64,000 bases of DNA from an uncultured Candidatus Peribacteria bacterium (GTDB lineage Bacteria > Patescibacteriota > Gracilibacteria > UBA1369), in the NCBI GenBank assembly GCA_964494085.1, contig CAZBQJ010000003.1, positions 137,458-201,457 of the forward strand, read 5' to 3'. A program made the position numbers and the translations under genes. The notes beneath the pieces are model-generated. The model made no database searches. It had not been told where the DNA came from and saw only the letters and a program-made list of their open reading frames with translations. Positions 18,535 through 29,026 of this stretch are shown piece after piece; the first letter of the stretch is position 1; each line of letters begins with the position of its first letter.

Positions 18535-20535
18535 TTAGATTTGTTGGTAAAAGCCAGCTAAGTCATTCGAGCTCACCACTAGGTTATTATTGTACTTCAA
18601 TTGTCCGGAAATTTTTAATGTTATGGCTTTGTACAGTAATTCTGCCACCTCTCTTCTAGTCATTGGCTGATCTGGTTCAAATAAGTTGGAGCTGGTATTC
18701 AAAAGATTCTTTTCTTTTGCTACAGCCACATAGCCGCTGTACCAAGCTTTCGTACTGACATCGGCAAAGGGTTTGATCCTTGGTTGATAATTGCCGATAT
18801 TGTATCCAGCCGCCTCCATGAGCATTTTTAAGAATTCAGCATGAGTAACATCATTGGCAGGCTTAAATAAGTTTCCAGCATAGCCTTTGACAATTCCTTC
18901 TCGCTGGGCTGCCGCCACATAGCGCGCATACCAGGCTTTCGAATCAGTATCGGCAAATTCCAAGATATTATTTAATTTTACTGGTTTATTCAGACCTTCA
19001 TAAATGAATTTCAGGGATTCTACTCTACTGACATCGTTATCCGGCTTAAATGTTCCATCCGGATAGCCTCTAACCACGTCATTTTCCTTTAGAAAGTTGA
19101 TCGCCACATAGCCATGATCATCCGAATTTAAATCGGTAAAGGTAGTCTCTCCAATCGGATCAGTTAATTTTTTGATTGATCCGGATGTTACACTTATCCG
19201 TATGCCAAAACCGGCTTGAGGAAGGAAATTGAATTCCGCAATACCTTCTTTCCAGTCGCTGGCCTTTAAAAAAGTTTTATTTAGTGTCGCGCTCCCGTTT
19301 TCAATACGGATATATGTTTCTTCGCTGGGAGCATAGTTACTGATAATTTGGCCATCTTTGTCCAGGGCGACCACCTTGACGGTCTGAGTGCTTCCCACCA
19401 CAAAATTTCGGTTATATTTTAATTGGAAATCTGCCAATTCAGCAGGAGCGGGTTTAACATCTAAAGTAGGTTGAGTGGTAATATTCGTTGGTTCTGTGGC
19501 ATTCGCAGAATTATTCAGTGATGGCAATTGATCAGTATCAACTGTTGTTTCATCGGAAGGCGTATTAATATTGCTCTTTTCACTGTTTGTATTTACGTCA
19601 ACTGCTGGAGTCGTAGTCAAATTAGTGATTGTAATAGGATTCGTTGGCATTTGACTGCTTCCGTAATTTTCATATTTTTGTACATAAGCCAGCGGGCTAA
19701 TGGTTGTAGCCAAAGCCTTATCCTTCCCTAGTCCAATGTCTACTGCCTCCCAAAAACTTACCCCGGCATCAGACGCTTCTTTGGAAGTATATGGCCAATA
19801 TAAATGCCAGGGAGCCTGGTCATTATCGATTTGAAAATGCAAGTGTGGAGTAGTGGCAGTTCCTGATTGCCCACTATGACCAATCAGTTGACCTTTGCTG
19901 ACTAAATCACCAGCCTGCACCTCCAAGCCACTCATATGAGCATATCCGGAATAATAAGTAGTTTTCAAATTAGCATTATTAATCGAAGGAACTTCGTCAT
20001 GTCTGATTACTACGTTATTACCAAATCCTGAAGGTTCACTGGCAGCTTTTATCACAACCCCATTGGCGATTGATCGCACTGGAGTTCCTGTCGGCATCTT
20101 GATGTCCACAGCCAGATGACTTCCGGCATATTCCAGACCGTCTAACTTATAGTCACCCATATAAGGTGTACTAAAAGTAACCTGAGCGTTACGAATCGCC
20201 TGGTCGGCCGTATTTTTGAAATTCAAACTGCCAAATGGAATGGTTAATTGATTGGGTAGATATTTTGGAAAATTGATGAATTTATCTAAAGGTATTTGGT
20301 CATAACTGTTTTTCCACTCACTACTGGAAAGGGCCACCCAGTTCGGAACTTTTTCCACCGGCGTAACAGTACCATCAAATGGAGCAGACTTTTTGTTGGA
20401 CAAAACATTGGCCTGGAAATCCCAAACCCCGACATTGAACATCACGCCTACGATGGCAAAGGCGGCTACTATTGAAAGTACTTCCTTACTATTCCTCCGG
20501 AAAAACTTTACCAAATGGTTTCTGAGCTCGGTCAT
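18535..20535 (-). CDS. membrane-anchored M23 (LytM-type) peptidoglycan endopeptidase with three C-terminal SLH domains
   Basis: N-terminal TM helix. M23 motifs HLAVD...GYAHMS...TTPHLHFQI. Three SLH repeats (FTDLNSDDHGY..., FADTDSKAWYARYV..., FADVSTKAWYSGYV...). Confidence 0.85.
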   Translation of the reverse strand: MTELRNHLVKFFRRNSKEVLSIVAAFAIVGVMFNVGVWDFQANVLSNKKSAPFDGTVTPVEKVPNWVALSSSEWKNSYDQIPLDKFINFPKYLPNQLTIPFGSLNFKNTADQAIRNAQVTFSTPYMGDYKLDGLEYAGSHLAVDIKMPTGTPVRSIANGVVIKAASEPSGFGNNVVIRHDEVPSINNANLKTTYYSGYAHMSGLEVQAGDLVSKGQLIGHSGQSGTATTPHLHFQIDNDQAPWHLYWPYTSKEASDAGVSFWEAVDIGLGKDKALATTISPLAYVQKYENYGSSQMPTNPITITNLTTTPAVDVNTNSEKSNINTPSDETTVDTDQLPSLNNSANATEPTNITTQPTLDVKPAPAELADFQLKYNRNFVVGSTQTVKVVALDKDGQIISNYAPSEETYIRIENGSATLNKTFLKASDWKEGIAEFNFLPQAGFGIRISVTSGSIKKLTDPIGETTFTDLNSDDHGYVAINFLKENDVVRGYPDGTFKPDNDVSRVESLKFIYEGLNKPVKLNNILEFADTDSKAWYARYVAAAQREGIVKGYAGNLFKPANDVTHAEFLKMLMEAAGYNIGNYQPRIKPFADVSTKAWYSGYVAVAKEKNLLNTSSNLFEPDQPMTRREVAELLYKAITLKISGQLKYNNNLVVSSNDLAGFYQQI

Positions 20536-20605
20536 ACTTTTGTTTTGGTTTTTGTTTAAATATTCTTTAAATTATAGCAGAAAACTGACAATTAACCAAG
20601 TTCCA

Positions 20606-21091
20606 ATGCCTCGACTGGCGCAGACTATCAATAAGGAATTCATCGTAAGCAGTGTAAAAGATTTGAGTACAGTAGCTAAGTGGCTTAAGATTGAGTTAAA
20701 TGCACCTTCTTTAATCCTGCTTAAAGGGCAATTGGGGACTGGTAAAACCGCTTTGGCCAAAAGCTTTCTCAGTCAATTCGACATACCTGAACAAGAAGTA
20801 AAAAGTCCCACCTATAGCCTGATCAATCTTTTTATTCAAGGCGGTCGTCAATTCGCTCATTTGGACCTTTACCGGCTTCCTGGTCATGACCAGTTTTTGC
20901 TGGAAGAGATCAAGGAACTACTCTTCACGCCCAATACTGTTATGTTAATCGAGTGGCCAGAAAAAATTGATCTCACTGAAGTAATGTTGGACCTCAGACA
21001 ATTAATCACGGTAGAGTTGGAATTTACTGAAAATAATTGCAGAAAGATTCGGATTCATGTTAAAAATCAGCATAAGGACGCAAAAAATTAA
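20606..21091 (+). CDS. tsaE: tRNA t6A37 biosynthesis ATPase TsaE
   Basis: LKGQLGTGKTALAK P-loop, SPTYSLIN, HLDLYRL, EWPE. Start refined to ATG at 20606; the track ORF from 20393 would overlap the M23 gene. Confidence 0.8.
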   Translation: MPRLAQTINKEFIVSSVKDLSTVAKWLKIELNAPSLILLKGQLGTGKTALAKSFLSQFDIPEQEVKSPTYSLINLFIQGGRQFAHLDLYRLPGHDQFLLEEIKELLFTPNTVMLIEWPEKIDLTEVMLDLRQLITVELEFTENNCRKIRIHVKNQHKDAKN

Positions 21092-21100
21092 ATTTTTAGA

Positions 21101-24100
21101 ATGAGCTTTGTCCACCTAAATTGTCATTCTCATTACAGCATGCTGGCTGCTTTGGGATCACCAAAAGATTTGGCGAAAAAAGCCAAAGAATTGGGGTTTT
21201 TTGCTTTAGGATTGACTGATAATGCTTATCTCTATGGGGCCATTGAATTTTATAAAGCGGCCAAAGAAGTAGGAATCAAAGCCATTATCGGCTGTGAATT
21301 CTACCTGACTAGTGGGTCACGTTTTGATAATTCTCCCGATTCTCAAAAATCTCTCCATCGTTTGACCGTACTGGCCAAAAATAATCTCGGCTACCAGAAT
21401 TTACTGAAACTAAGTACCTTGGCTTCTCTCGAGGGCCAACATCTCAGCCATCCACGTATAGATTTTGAGTTATTGACCGCCCATGCCGAGGGATTGGTTA
21501 TTTTAAGCGGGAATATTAATGGAGAATTAGCCCAATTACTTCACAATGGGGAAACAAAGGCCGCTTCCATGTTAGCCGAGAAATATCAAAAGATTTTTGG
21601 ACTGGATTATTTTATCGAAATACAAAGGCATGGGCAGATTCCTGAATATGCTCAAATTGAACCGGCATTATTACAATTGGCCGAGAAATTGAAAATCAAT
21701 CTGGTGGCAACTCAAAGTTCACATTATCTAAAAGCTGAGGACGCTGCGACTCATGAAATTTTACTTTGTATAGGACAACAAACCAACCTCAATAATCCTC
21801 ACAGATTGCGTTACCCCGGGGATTTTTCCCTGAAATCCCCTCAACAAATGTTGGAGTTATTCAGCGATTTACCGCAGGCCTGTGAAAATACGGTAAAAAT
21901 TGCCGAACAGTGCGAAATCAATTTGCAATTTGGACAATATTTAATCCCTCAATTTGAAACACCCAATGGGGAGACTTCCAAACAATATTTGCGTAACTTG
22001 TGCGAAAAAGGACTGGAAGAATTGATTCCGGAAGAGCGACAGCAACAGGCTCGCCAGCAGTTGGATTATGAATTGGAGATTGTCGATAAAATGGGCTTTA
22101 ATGATTACTTTCTAATTGTCTGGGATTTCATCCATTATGCCAAAACCAATGGTATTGTCGTTGGACCAGGTCGTGGCTCTGCGGCCGGTGCAATTATCGC
22201 TTATACCTTGAAAATCACTGAACTTGATCCCATTGAACATGGTTTGGTTTTTGAAAGGTTTTTGAATCCCGATCGTGTTTCCATGCCTGATATTGATATC
22301 GATTTCGCCGATACCAGACGCCATGAAGTCCTGGAATATACCATTAATAAATATGGTAAAGATTGTGTCTCTCAGGTGATTACCTACGGAACCATGTCTG
22401 CCAAGGCAGCAGTGCGTGATGTTGGCCGTGGCATGGGATATTCTTATTCTGAAGTTGACGCCATTGCTAAAGCCGTCCCTCAGCCGGTGCTTGGTAAACA
22501 TGCTCCTTTACAGGTTTCCGTTCAGAAAGATCCTGCTCTCAGCGAAATTTATAAAACCAATTCACGTGCCAAAGATTTACTCGACAATGCCATCCGCCTG
22601 GAAGGAACCGTCCGCAATGCCGGAACCCATGCTTGTGCGGTAATTATCGCCGATCAACCCTTGGTCAACTTCACGCCACTTCAGCGTGCTACAGATGGCA
22701 GTGATGGGCAAATCACCCAGTATTCCATGAAATATCTGGAGGAAATTGGGCTTTTGAAAATGGATTTCTTGGGCCTAAAGAACCTCACCATTATCGAAAA
22801 AGCCCTCCAACTGGTAGAACAAATGACCGGTGAAAAAATCGATATTACCAAGATCCCTCTTACCGATCAAAAAACTTTTGAAGTTTTGCAAAGAGGGGAC
22901 ACTACTGGGGTATTTCAATTGGAATCATCGGGAATGCGCCGCTATATTCGCGAATTGAAGCCCACCAAGTTCAATGATATTGTCGCCATGATTTCCCTTT
23001 ATCGACCGGGTCCGATGGAATGGATTCCTGCTTATATTGAAGGGAAGCACCATCCGGAAACAGTAAAATATCTCGACCCGTCTTTTGAAGGTATTTTAAA
23101 AGAAACCAATGGTATCGCCATTTATCAGGAACAAATTTTACTAATTGCTCGACATTTTGCCGGATTCACTTTGGGGGAGGCCGATATTTTACGCCGCGCC
23201 GTAGGTAAAAAGGATCCACAGGCTTTGGCCGAACAAAAAGGTAAATTTATAGATGGCTCTGTAAACTGTGGCCATACCAAAAAGCATGCCCTGGAAATAT
23301 TTGAAAAAGTCATTGAACCTTTCGCTGGCTACGGCTTCAACAAAGCTCACGCTGCTTGCTACGCGATGATTTCTTATCGTACTTCTTACTTAAAAGCCCA
23401 TTATCCTACGGCCTTGATGGCCGCTCTACTTACTGCTGACAGTGATAGCATGGAGAGAATCGCTATGGAAATGGCTGATTGCGAAGAAATGGGCATCCAG
23501 GTTTTGCCACCTTCGATTAACGATTCAGAGTTGGGATTCTCCGTATTGGAAGAAGGTCAGATTCGCTTCGGTCTGGGAGCGATCAAGGGGCTCGGGGAAG
23601 GAGCTATCAATCAAATCATCGAGTCTCGTAAAAAACAGGGGATTTTCAAATCCCTCGAGGATTTTGCCTCACGCTTACCGCATAAGTTAATCAATAAAAA
23701 AACTATCGAAAGCTTGGCTTATTCTGGTGCATTCGATCAATTCGGCAACCGTCGCACCATCGCCGAAAATTATGAAACAATTGCTGAATTTGCCAGAAAC
23801 TTGGACAAGGCCAGGGCTACCGATCAAGATCAAACCGGTCTTTTTGACAGCTTTAGCGAAGATTCTCATCAGGAAATGCAGCAAAAACTAAACCTCAAAG
23901 TTTTGCCTCCTTTAGCTATAATGGAGCGCTTAAAAAAAGAGAAAGAGTATTTGGGGTTGTATGTCTCGTCCACTCCGCTGAAAGGGCTGAGCAGATATTT
24001 GGGTGGTAAAGTCAAATTCATCGCCGATTTTACTGAAAAGGACTTGGGCAAAAATCATAAGATCGCCGGAGTTCTAAATACTTTGCGTACGGTAATCACC

Positions 24101-24634
24101 AAATCAGGTACCGCCATGGCTTATGCTGAATTGGAGGATCTCACCAACAGAATCGCTTTAGTGATTTTCCCCAAAGTTTATGATCAGTTTAAATTCAAAA
24201 TCAAAGAAGATCAGATTTTTATCATTGATGGCAAATTAGAGTTGCGTCGCGGCGATTTACAATTTTCAGTCTTTGATATGAAAGCCGTATCTCTGGATAC
24301 AATGGTCAAAAATGCCACTGAAGCCGGGATATACGACCCTCATGAGCGTGTTATTCGCCGTTCTCCCAAAATTAATTTCGCCAAATTCTCCACTCCTCTT
24401 TCCCAAGCCTATCATCATTTAGAGGTTTCCACTGACAAAGTCTTGATCAAGATTCCAGAGAGCTTTCCACCTAAACAGTTTACTGAGCTAAAGGAACTCC
24501 TCTCCCGCTTACCGGGGGAGTTACCGGTAGAAATAAAATTATTGGAAAAGGGCAAGCCCAAATTATTGAAAACTAAATTGGCAATTTTCAATTCTCCGGA
24601 AAACCTCCAGAAAATCGAAAAACTTCTTGGATAA
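21101..24634 (+). CDS. dnaE: DNA polymerase III alpha subunit
   Basis: 1177 aa. N-terminal PHP domain (FVHLNCHSHYS), polymerase core (PDIDIDF), OB fold near the C-terminus. Confidence 0.95.
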   Translation: MSFVHLNCHSHYSMLAALGSPKDLAKKAKELGFFALGLTDNAYLYGAIEFYKAAKEVGIKAIIGCEFYLTSGSRFDNSPDSQKSLHRLTVLAKNNLGYQNLLKLSTLASLEGQHLSHPRIDFELLTAHAEGLVILSGNINGELAQLLHNGETKAASMLAEKYQKIFGLDYFIEIQRHGQIPEYAQIEPALLQLAEKLKINLVATQSSHYLKAEDAATHEILLCIGQQTNLNNPHRLRYPGDFSLKSPQQMLELFSDLPQACENTVKIAEQCEINLQFGQYLIPQFETPNGETSKQYLRNLCEKGLEELIPEERQQQARQQLDYELEIVDKMGFNDYFLIVWDFIHYAKTNGIVVGPGRGSAAGAIIAYTLKITELDPIEHGLVFERFLNPDRVSMPDIDIDFADTRRHEVLEYTINKYGKDCVSQVITYGTMSAKAAVRDVGRGMGYSYSEVDAIAKAVPQPVLGKHAPLQVSVQKDPALSEIYKTNSRAKDLLDNAIRLEGTVRNAGTHACAVIIADQPLVNFTPLQRATDGSDGQITQYSMKYLEEIGLLKMDFLGLKNLTIIEKALQLVEQMTGEKIDITKIPLTDQKTFEVLQRGDTTGVFQLESSGMRRYIRELKPTKFNDIVAMISLYRPGPMEWIPAYIEGKHHPETVKYLDPSFEGILKETNGIAIYQEQILLIARHFAGFTLGEADILRRAVGKKDPQALAEQKGKFIDGSVNCGHTKKHALEIFEKVIEPFAGYGFNKAHAACYAMISYRTSYLKAHYPTALMAALLTADSDSMERIAMEMADCEEMGIQVLPPSINDSELGFSVLEEGQIRFGLGAIKGLGEGAINQIIESRKKQGIFKSLEDFASRLPHKLINKKTIESLAYSGAFDQFGNRRTIAENYETIAEFARNLDKARATDQDQTGLFDSFSEDSHQEMQQKLNLKVLPPLAIMERLKKEKEYLGLYVSSTPLKGLSRYLGGKVKFIADFTEKDLGKNHKIAGVLNTLRTVITKSGTAMAYAELEDLTNRIALVIFPKVYDQFKFKIKEDQIFIIDGKLELRRGDLQFSVFDMKAVSLDTMVKNATEAGIYDPHERVIRRSPKINFAKFSTPLSQAYHHLEVSTDKVLIKIPESFPPKQFTELKELLSRLPGELPVEIKLLEKGKPKLLKTKLAIFNSPENLQKIEKLLG

Positions 24635-24675
24635 AACCGGAAACCTATTATAATGCGGAAGCTTAAACTATTCTT

Positions 24676-26448
24676 ATGCTCAGAACACACACAAACAATC
24701 AACTAAATCCCTCGAATTTGGGAGAAAAAGTCACTTTAGTCGGATGGGTTCATCGCCGCCGCGACCACGGAGGTGTTATTTTCATTGATCTGCGCGATCG
24801 TTACGGCCTCACTCAAATTGTTACCGACCCGGTTAAATTCGCGGCGGCTCATACGCTTGCCAATGAAGTTCGGCCAGAGTTTGTCGTCCAGGTTACCGGT
24901 ACAGTCCGTCATCGTCCTGATGGACAGGAAAACAGTAATTTGAAAACCGGTCAGATCGAAGTTTTGATTGAAGAATTCCAGATACTTAATCAAGCCAAGA
25001 CTCCACCTTTCGAAATAGATCATGAGCTCAACGTTAATGAAGAGCTGCGTCTCAAATATCGCTATCTGGATCTCCGTCGTGAACGCATGAAGAATAATAT
25101 TGTTCAACGTCATAAAGTAGTCAAAGCCATTCGTGACTTTCTCGACGCTCGAGATTTTATCGAAGTGGAAACTCCTATTCTGATCAAAGGTACACCTGAA
25201 GGCAGTCGCGAATATCTGGTTCCCTCACGTATCTATCCGGGCTCATTCTTTGTACTTCCGCAATCACCTCAGCAACTCAAACAATTGTTGATGGTAGCTG
25301 GATTTGATCGTTATTTTCAAATCGCCCGTTGTTTCCGGGATGAAGATTTGCGTGGTGATCGTCAGCCAGAGTTTACTCAACTCGACTTGGAAATGTCTTT
25401 CGTCAGCCAGGAAGACGTCATGCAGCTCACCGAAGAACTGCTGTTGGATTTATCCAAACAATTTGTTCCTCATAAACAAATCCAGAATAATCCTTTCCCT
25501 CGTATCACTTGGAAAGAAGCCATGGATTCCTATGGAGTAGACAAACCGGATGTCCGCTTCGAAATGAAGATAGTTGATGTCACCGAAGTCGCCGGTAAAT
25601 CTGGATTTTCTGTTTTCAATAATGCCGTCAATGCCGGTGGAATCGTTAGATGTTTACGCGTCGAAGGCGGTTTGGAGTTAACTCGAAAGGAAATAGATGA
25701 CCTGACCGAATTGGCCAAAACCCATGGGGCCAAAGGCCTCGCCTATATTCAGTTGGCGGAAGATGGGCCAAAATCCACTTTAGTTAAATTTTTTACTCCA
25801 GCGGAAATCCAGGCCTTTATCGATATTAGTGATGCCAAGACAGGCGATATACTCTTCTTTGGCGCTGATAGTTATGAAGTGGTTTGTGCCGCTCTGGGCG
25901 CAGTGAGAATCGCTTGTGGTGATCGCTTCAAGCTTCGTGATCCCTCCAAATTGGCTTATCTCTGGGTTTATGATTTTCCACTTTTCGAAAAGGATCCGAT
26001 CAGTGGAGCTCTGGCTTCTGCCCATCATCCTTTTACTTCTCCCAAAGCAGATCAGTTAGATGTTCTTGAATCTTCTGAGCCCGAGAAGACAATCGCCCAG
26101 GCCTATGATATAGTTCTTAATGGTTATGAAATTGGTGGTGGAAGTATCAGAATTCATGATCAGAAATTGCAGAAAAAAATCTTTACTTTACTGAAAATCA
26201 GTGATGAGGAGGCCGAGAAGAGGTTTGGTCACCTGCTTGAAGCCTTTGAATTTGGCGCCCCACCTCATGGTGGCATCGCCCCTGGTATAGACCGCATCAT
26301 GATGATTTTCCGGGATGAGCCAAATATCCGTGAAGTAATTGCTTTCCCCAAAGATTCCAAAGCCAAGGACTTAATGCTTGGCGCACCGTCACCCATGCCT
26401 AAAGAGGCAATTGAAGAGCTCGGAATAGAGATCAAACCTAAAAAATAA
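24676..26448 (+). CDS. aspS: aspartate--tRNA ligase (bacterial type with GAD insertion)
   Basis: 590 aa. FIDLRDRYG, QSPQQLKQLLM, FRDEDLRGDRQPEFTQLD, GGGSIRIH. Confidence 0.95.
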   Translation: MLRTHTNNQLNPSNLGEKVTLVGWVHRRRDHGGVIFIDLRDRYGLTQIVTDPVKFAAAHTLANEVRPEFVVQVTGTVRHRPDGQENSNLKTGQIEVLIEEFQILNQAKTPPFEIDHELNVNEELRLKYRYLDLRRERMKNNIVQRHKVVKAIRDFLDARDFIEVETPILIKGTPEGSREYLVPSRIYPGSFFVLPQSPQQLKQLLMVAGFDRYFQIARCFRDEDLRGDRQPEFTQLDLEMSFVSQEDVMQLTEELLLDLSKQFVPHKQIQNNPFPRITWKEAMDSYGVDKPDVRFEMKIVDVTEVAGKSGFSVFNNAVNAGGIVRCLRVEGGLELTRKEIDDLTELAKTHGAKGLAYIQLAEDGPKSTLVKFFTPAEIQAFIDISDAKTGDILFFGADSYEVVCAALGAVRIACGDRFKLRDPSKLAYLWVYDFPLFEKDPISGALASAHHPFTSPKADQLDVLESSEPEKTIAQAYDIVLNGYEIGGGSIRIHDQKLQKKIFTLLKISDEEAEKRFGHLLEAFEFGAPPHGGIAPGIDRIMMIFRDEPNIREVIAFPKDSKAKDLMLGAPSPMPKEAIEELGIEIKPKK

Positions 26449-28923
26449 ATGCTCGAGATAATTTTCTTAAACATCTTCATTTTTGTCACTGTCGCCCTGG
26501 TGCTATACTTGGGGTTTATATTTGCGCAAGCCAAATATCTGGCTTACCGCAACATGCAACGGTCTTTCCGAATGGTTTTTCTGAAAGTCCAGATGGCCAA
26601 AAAAGAATCCCGGGAAGAACAGGATCAAGATCAAAATGCCGGAGCCAAGGATTTCAAAGAATCTATCGGAATTATGGCCCAGCTTTATGATTCTCTTCAT
26701 TCCATTTACTCGGGTGATTGGAAAAACAAATATACCGGTGAAGACTTTCTTTCTTTGGAATATGTTGTCCAGGAAGACCAGATTTATTTCTATTTGATCG
26801 TTCCAGCGGATTTGGTTTCCCTGGTAGAAAAGCAAATTACCGGTTTTTTCCCGGACGCCTATGTAGAACAGGCTGAAGAATATAATATTTTCCGACCTGA
26901 CTGCAAAACTGCTGCCAAAGCTTTGACTTTGAGCAAGCCGTATATGTACCCCATCAAGAGTTTTCAAAGGCTCAATTCAGACCCTATCAATAACCTTACC
27001 AACGCTCTTTCCAAACTGAATTTCGATGATGGAGCAGTTGTTCAGGTAATGATTAGACCGACGGATAATTGGCAAAAGGAAGGTCGAGAAGAAGCCAAGA
27101 ACATCCTCAACCAGAAACCCAAAAAGAATCATGATTTTAGCCTCAATCCCTGGAAATTACTCTCCGGTTTTTTCGGTTTTTTAATTGGCTCGGGGAAAAA
27201 TTCTGATTCCAAGCCGTCGGATTCCAGTCGAACCACGCCCATGACGGACGAAGAAGTAAAAGATCTGGAACAAAAAAACAGCAGTAAAGGCTATGAAACA
27301 ATCATTCGTATTATTTGTTCGTCCAACGATGAGCGTGAAGTACGTTCCAATCTAACCAATATCGTTAGTACATTCGCCCAATACGCCGCTCAGAACGCTA
27401 ATCGTTTTTCCAGTGTTAAACGTTATCCGGAGAAGAAAATCATTGAGGATTATATTTTACGACGTTTCCAATACCCTTGGTATCAAAAATGGAAAAAGAA
27501 ATTAACAATTTTATCTTCAGAAGAATTAGCTTCTATCTTTCACTTGCCCAACATCCGTTTCAATAAAACCCCCGGTATTCATTGGCAAAATTTCAAAATT
27601 GCCCCAGCTCCTAAAAATATGTCTAAAGATGGCTTGTTATTGGGGCACAATACTTATCGCGGTAACACTACGGAAGTTCGTATAAAACGCGAAGACCGCT
27701 TTCGCCATTTCTATGTTATCGGTCAGACTGGAACCGGAAAATCCTCCATTTTCCAGATTATGTTGAGACAGGATTTTCGTAACAATGAAGGTTGTGCGGT
27801 GATCGACCCTCACGGTTCTTTGATCGACGACTTATTGCCGTATATACCGCGAGAACGCGCCGATGATGTGATTTATTTCTCCCCGGCCGATCAGGCCCGC
27901 CCGATGGGTCTAAATCTACTCGAAGCCGACAATGATGACGAAAAAGAATTGGTTGCCCTCGACGCCATGAACATTATGATCAAGCTTTTCGGCAATGAGA
28001 TCTTTGGTCCGCGCATTCAGGATTATTTCCGCAATGGTTGTTTGACCTTGATGGCACATCCCGAGGGCGGCACTATGGTTGATATTGTTCGTCTTTTTAC
28101 CGATGATGATTTTCAGAAAGAACGTGTTCAGTATGTGAAAAACCCTGTTGTGAAATCTTTTTGGACCGATCAAATGGCTAAAACAGGTGCCCGTGAAAAA
28201 CAGGAAATCGTCCCTTATTTTGCCGCTAAATTTGGACAATTCATCACCAACTCAATGATGAGAAATATCATTGGTCAAAGCAAATCCGCCTTTGATTTTA
28301 TTGATGTCATGCAGTCTCAAAAAATACTTCTGATGAATCTCTCTAAAGGTGAAATCGGAGATATCAATTCCAAGTTACTGGGTTTAATCATCGTTTCCAA
28401 ATTACAGATGGCGGCCCTTCGCCGTCAGAGATACTCCAAAGAAGAACGTACCGATTTCTTTATGTACATCGATGAATTCCAAAATTATATCACTGACTCT
28501 ATTGAAAGCATCCTTTCCGAGGCCAGAAAATATCGTCTTTCTCTCAATATGGCTCACCAGTATATTGCTCAGCTGGAAGGTGAGGATGGTAAATCACGTG
28601 TCAAAGACGCCGTCTTTGGTAATGTCGGAACTATGATGTGTTACAAAATTGGGGCGACCGATGCCGAGTTTATGGCCAAAGAAATGGCTCCGGTCTTCAC
28701 CGCTCAGGATATGATCAATATCGATAAATTCAAAGGTGTGATGAAATTGTCCATTGATGGACAGCCTTCTGTTCCTTTCTCTATTTCTGTGCCATTACCC
28801 TGGTTGGAACAGGGAGATAAGAAAGTCGGTGAAGCCGTAAAACAACTTTCCAGATTGAAATTTGGTCGTGATCGCGAATTTGTCGAGAGAGAAATTACTC
28901 GACGCATCGGCATTATCGAGTAG
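26449..28923 (+). CDS. membrane-anchored ATPase resembling type IV secretion coupling proteins (TraD/VirD4-like), with an uncharacterised ~400-aa N-terminal region; paralog 1
   Basis: N-terminal TM helix. Walker A GQTGTGKS (27721-27744), Walker B FFMYIDEFQNY, AHQY, FGNVGTMMCYKIG (TraD/TraG C-terminal-like). The ATG directly abuts the aspS TAA. Confidence 0.7.
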   Translation: MLEIIFLNIFIFVTVALVLYLGFIFAQAKYLAYRNMQRSFRMVFLKVQMAKKESREEQDQDQNAGAKDFKESIGIMAQLYDSLHSIYSGDWKNKYTGEDFLSLEYVVQEDQIYFYLIVPADLVSLVEKQITGFFPDAYVEQAEEYNIFRPDCKTAAKALTLSKPYMYPIKSFQRLNSDPINNLTNALSKLNFDDGAVVQVMIRPTDNWQKEGREEAKNILNQKPKKNHDFSLNPWKLLSGFFGFLIGSGKNSDSKPSDSSRTTPMTDEEVKDLEQKNSSKGYETIIRIICSSNDEREVRSNLTNIVSTFAQYAAQNANRFSSVKRYPEKKIIEDYILRRFQYPWYQKWKKKLTILSSEELASIFHLPNIRFNKTPGIHWQNFKIAPAPKNMSKDGLLLGHNTYRGNTTEVRIKREDRFRHFYVIGQTGTGKSSIFQIMLRQDFRNNEGCAVIDPHGSLIDDLLPYIPRERADDVIYFSPADQARPMGLNLLEADNDDEKELVALDAMNIMIKLFGNEIFGPRIQDYFRNGCLTLMAHPEGGTMVDIVRLFTDDDFQKERVQYVKNPVVKSFWTDQMAKTGAREKQEIVPYFAAKFGQFITNSMMRNIIGQSKSAFDFIDVMQSQKILLMNLSKGEIGDINSKLLGLIIVSKLQMAALRRQRYSKEERTDFFMYIDEFQNYITDSIESILSEARKYRLSLNMAHQYIAQLEGEDGKSRVKDAVFGNVGTMMCYKIGATDAEFMAKEMAPVFTAQDMINIDKFKGVMKLSIDGQPSVPFSISVPLPWLEQGDKKVGEAVKQLSRLKFGRDREFVEREITRRIGIIE

Positions 28924-29026
28924 AAATTAAGCCATAATTCTATCATCAAGCAACCTCTAGTCCCGCCAAAGCGGTCATTTTCTGCTATAATAAAAGGATT
29001 TTTTTAAATTCTTTATAGAACTATAA

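Noticed and set aside
18330-18659. 109-aa plus-strand ORF. The 67-aa ORF at 32385-32588 is a similar case.
   Set aside because: These ORFs run across the tRNA-Arg and tRNA-Leu genes on the opposite strand. The tRNA cloverleaves are unambiguous, so the ORFs are spurious.
20393-20605. Long N-terminal extension of the tsaE ORF. Similar longest-ORF extensions occur for rfbA, rfbD, clpC, cysS, yggT and the Ig-like surface protein.
   Set aside because: The extensions overlap neighbouring genes or precede the conserved N-terminal motifs or signal peptides. Internal ATG starts give canonical protein lengths, and in one case a 4-nt ATGA coupling.
24635-24675. Possible T-box or other leader riboswitches upstream of the aaRS genes (aspS, glyQS, proS, cysS).
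   Set aside because: The upstream spacers are only 8-41 nt or are overlaps, far too short for a T-box leader of about 200 nt. No specifier or T-box consensus is visible.
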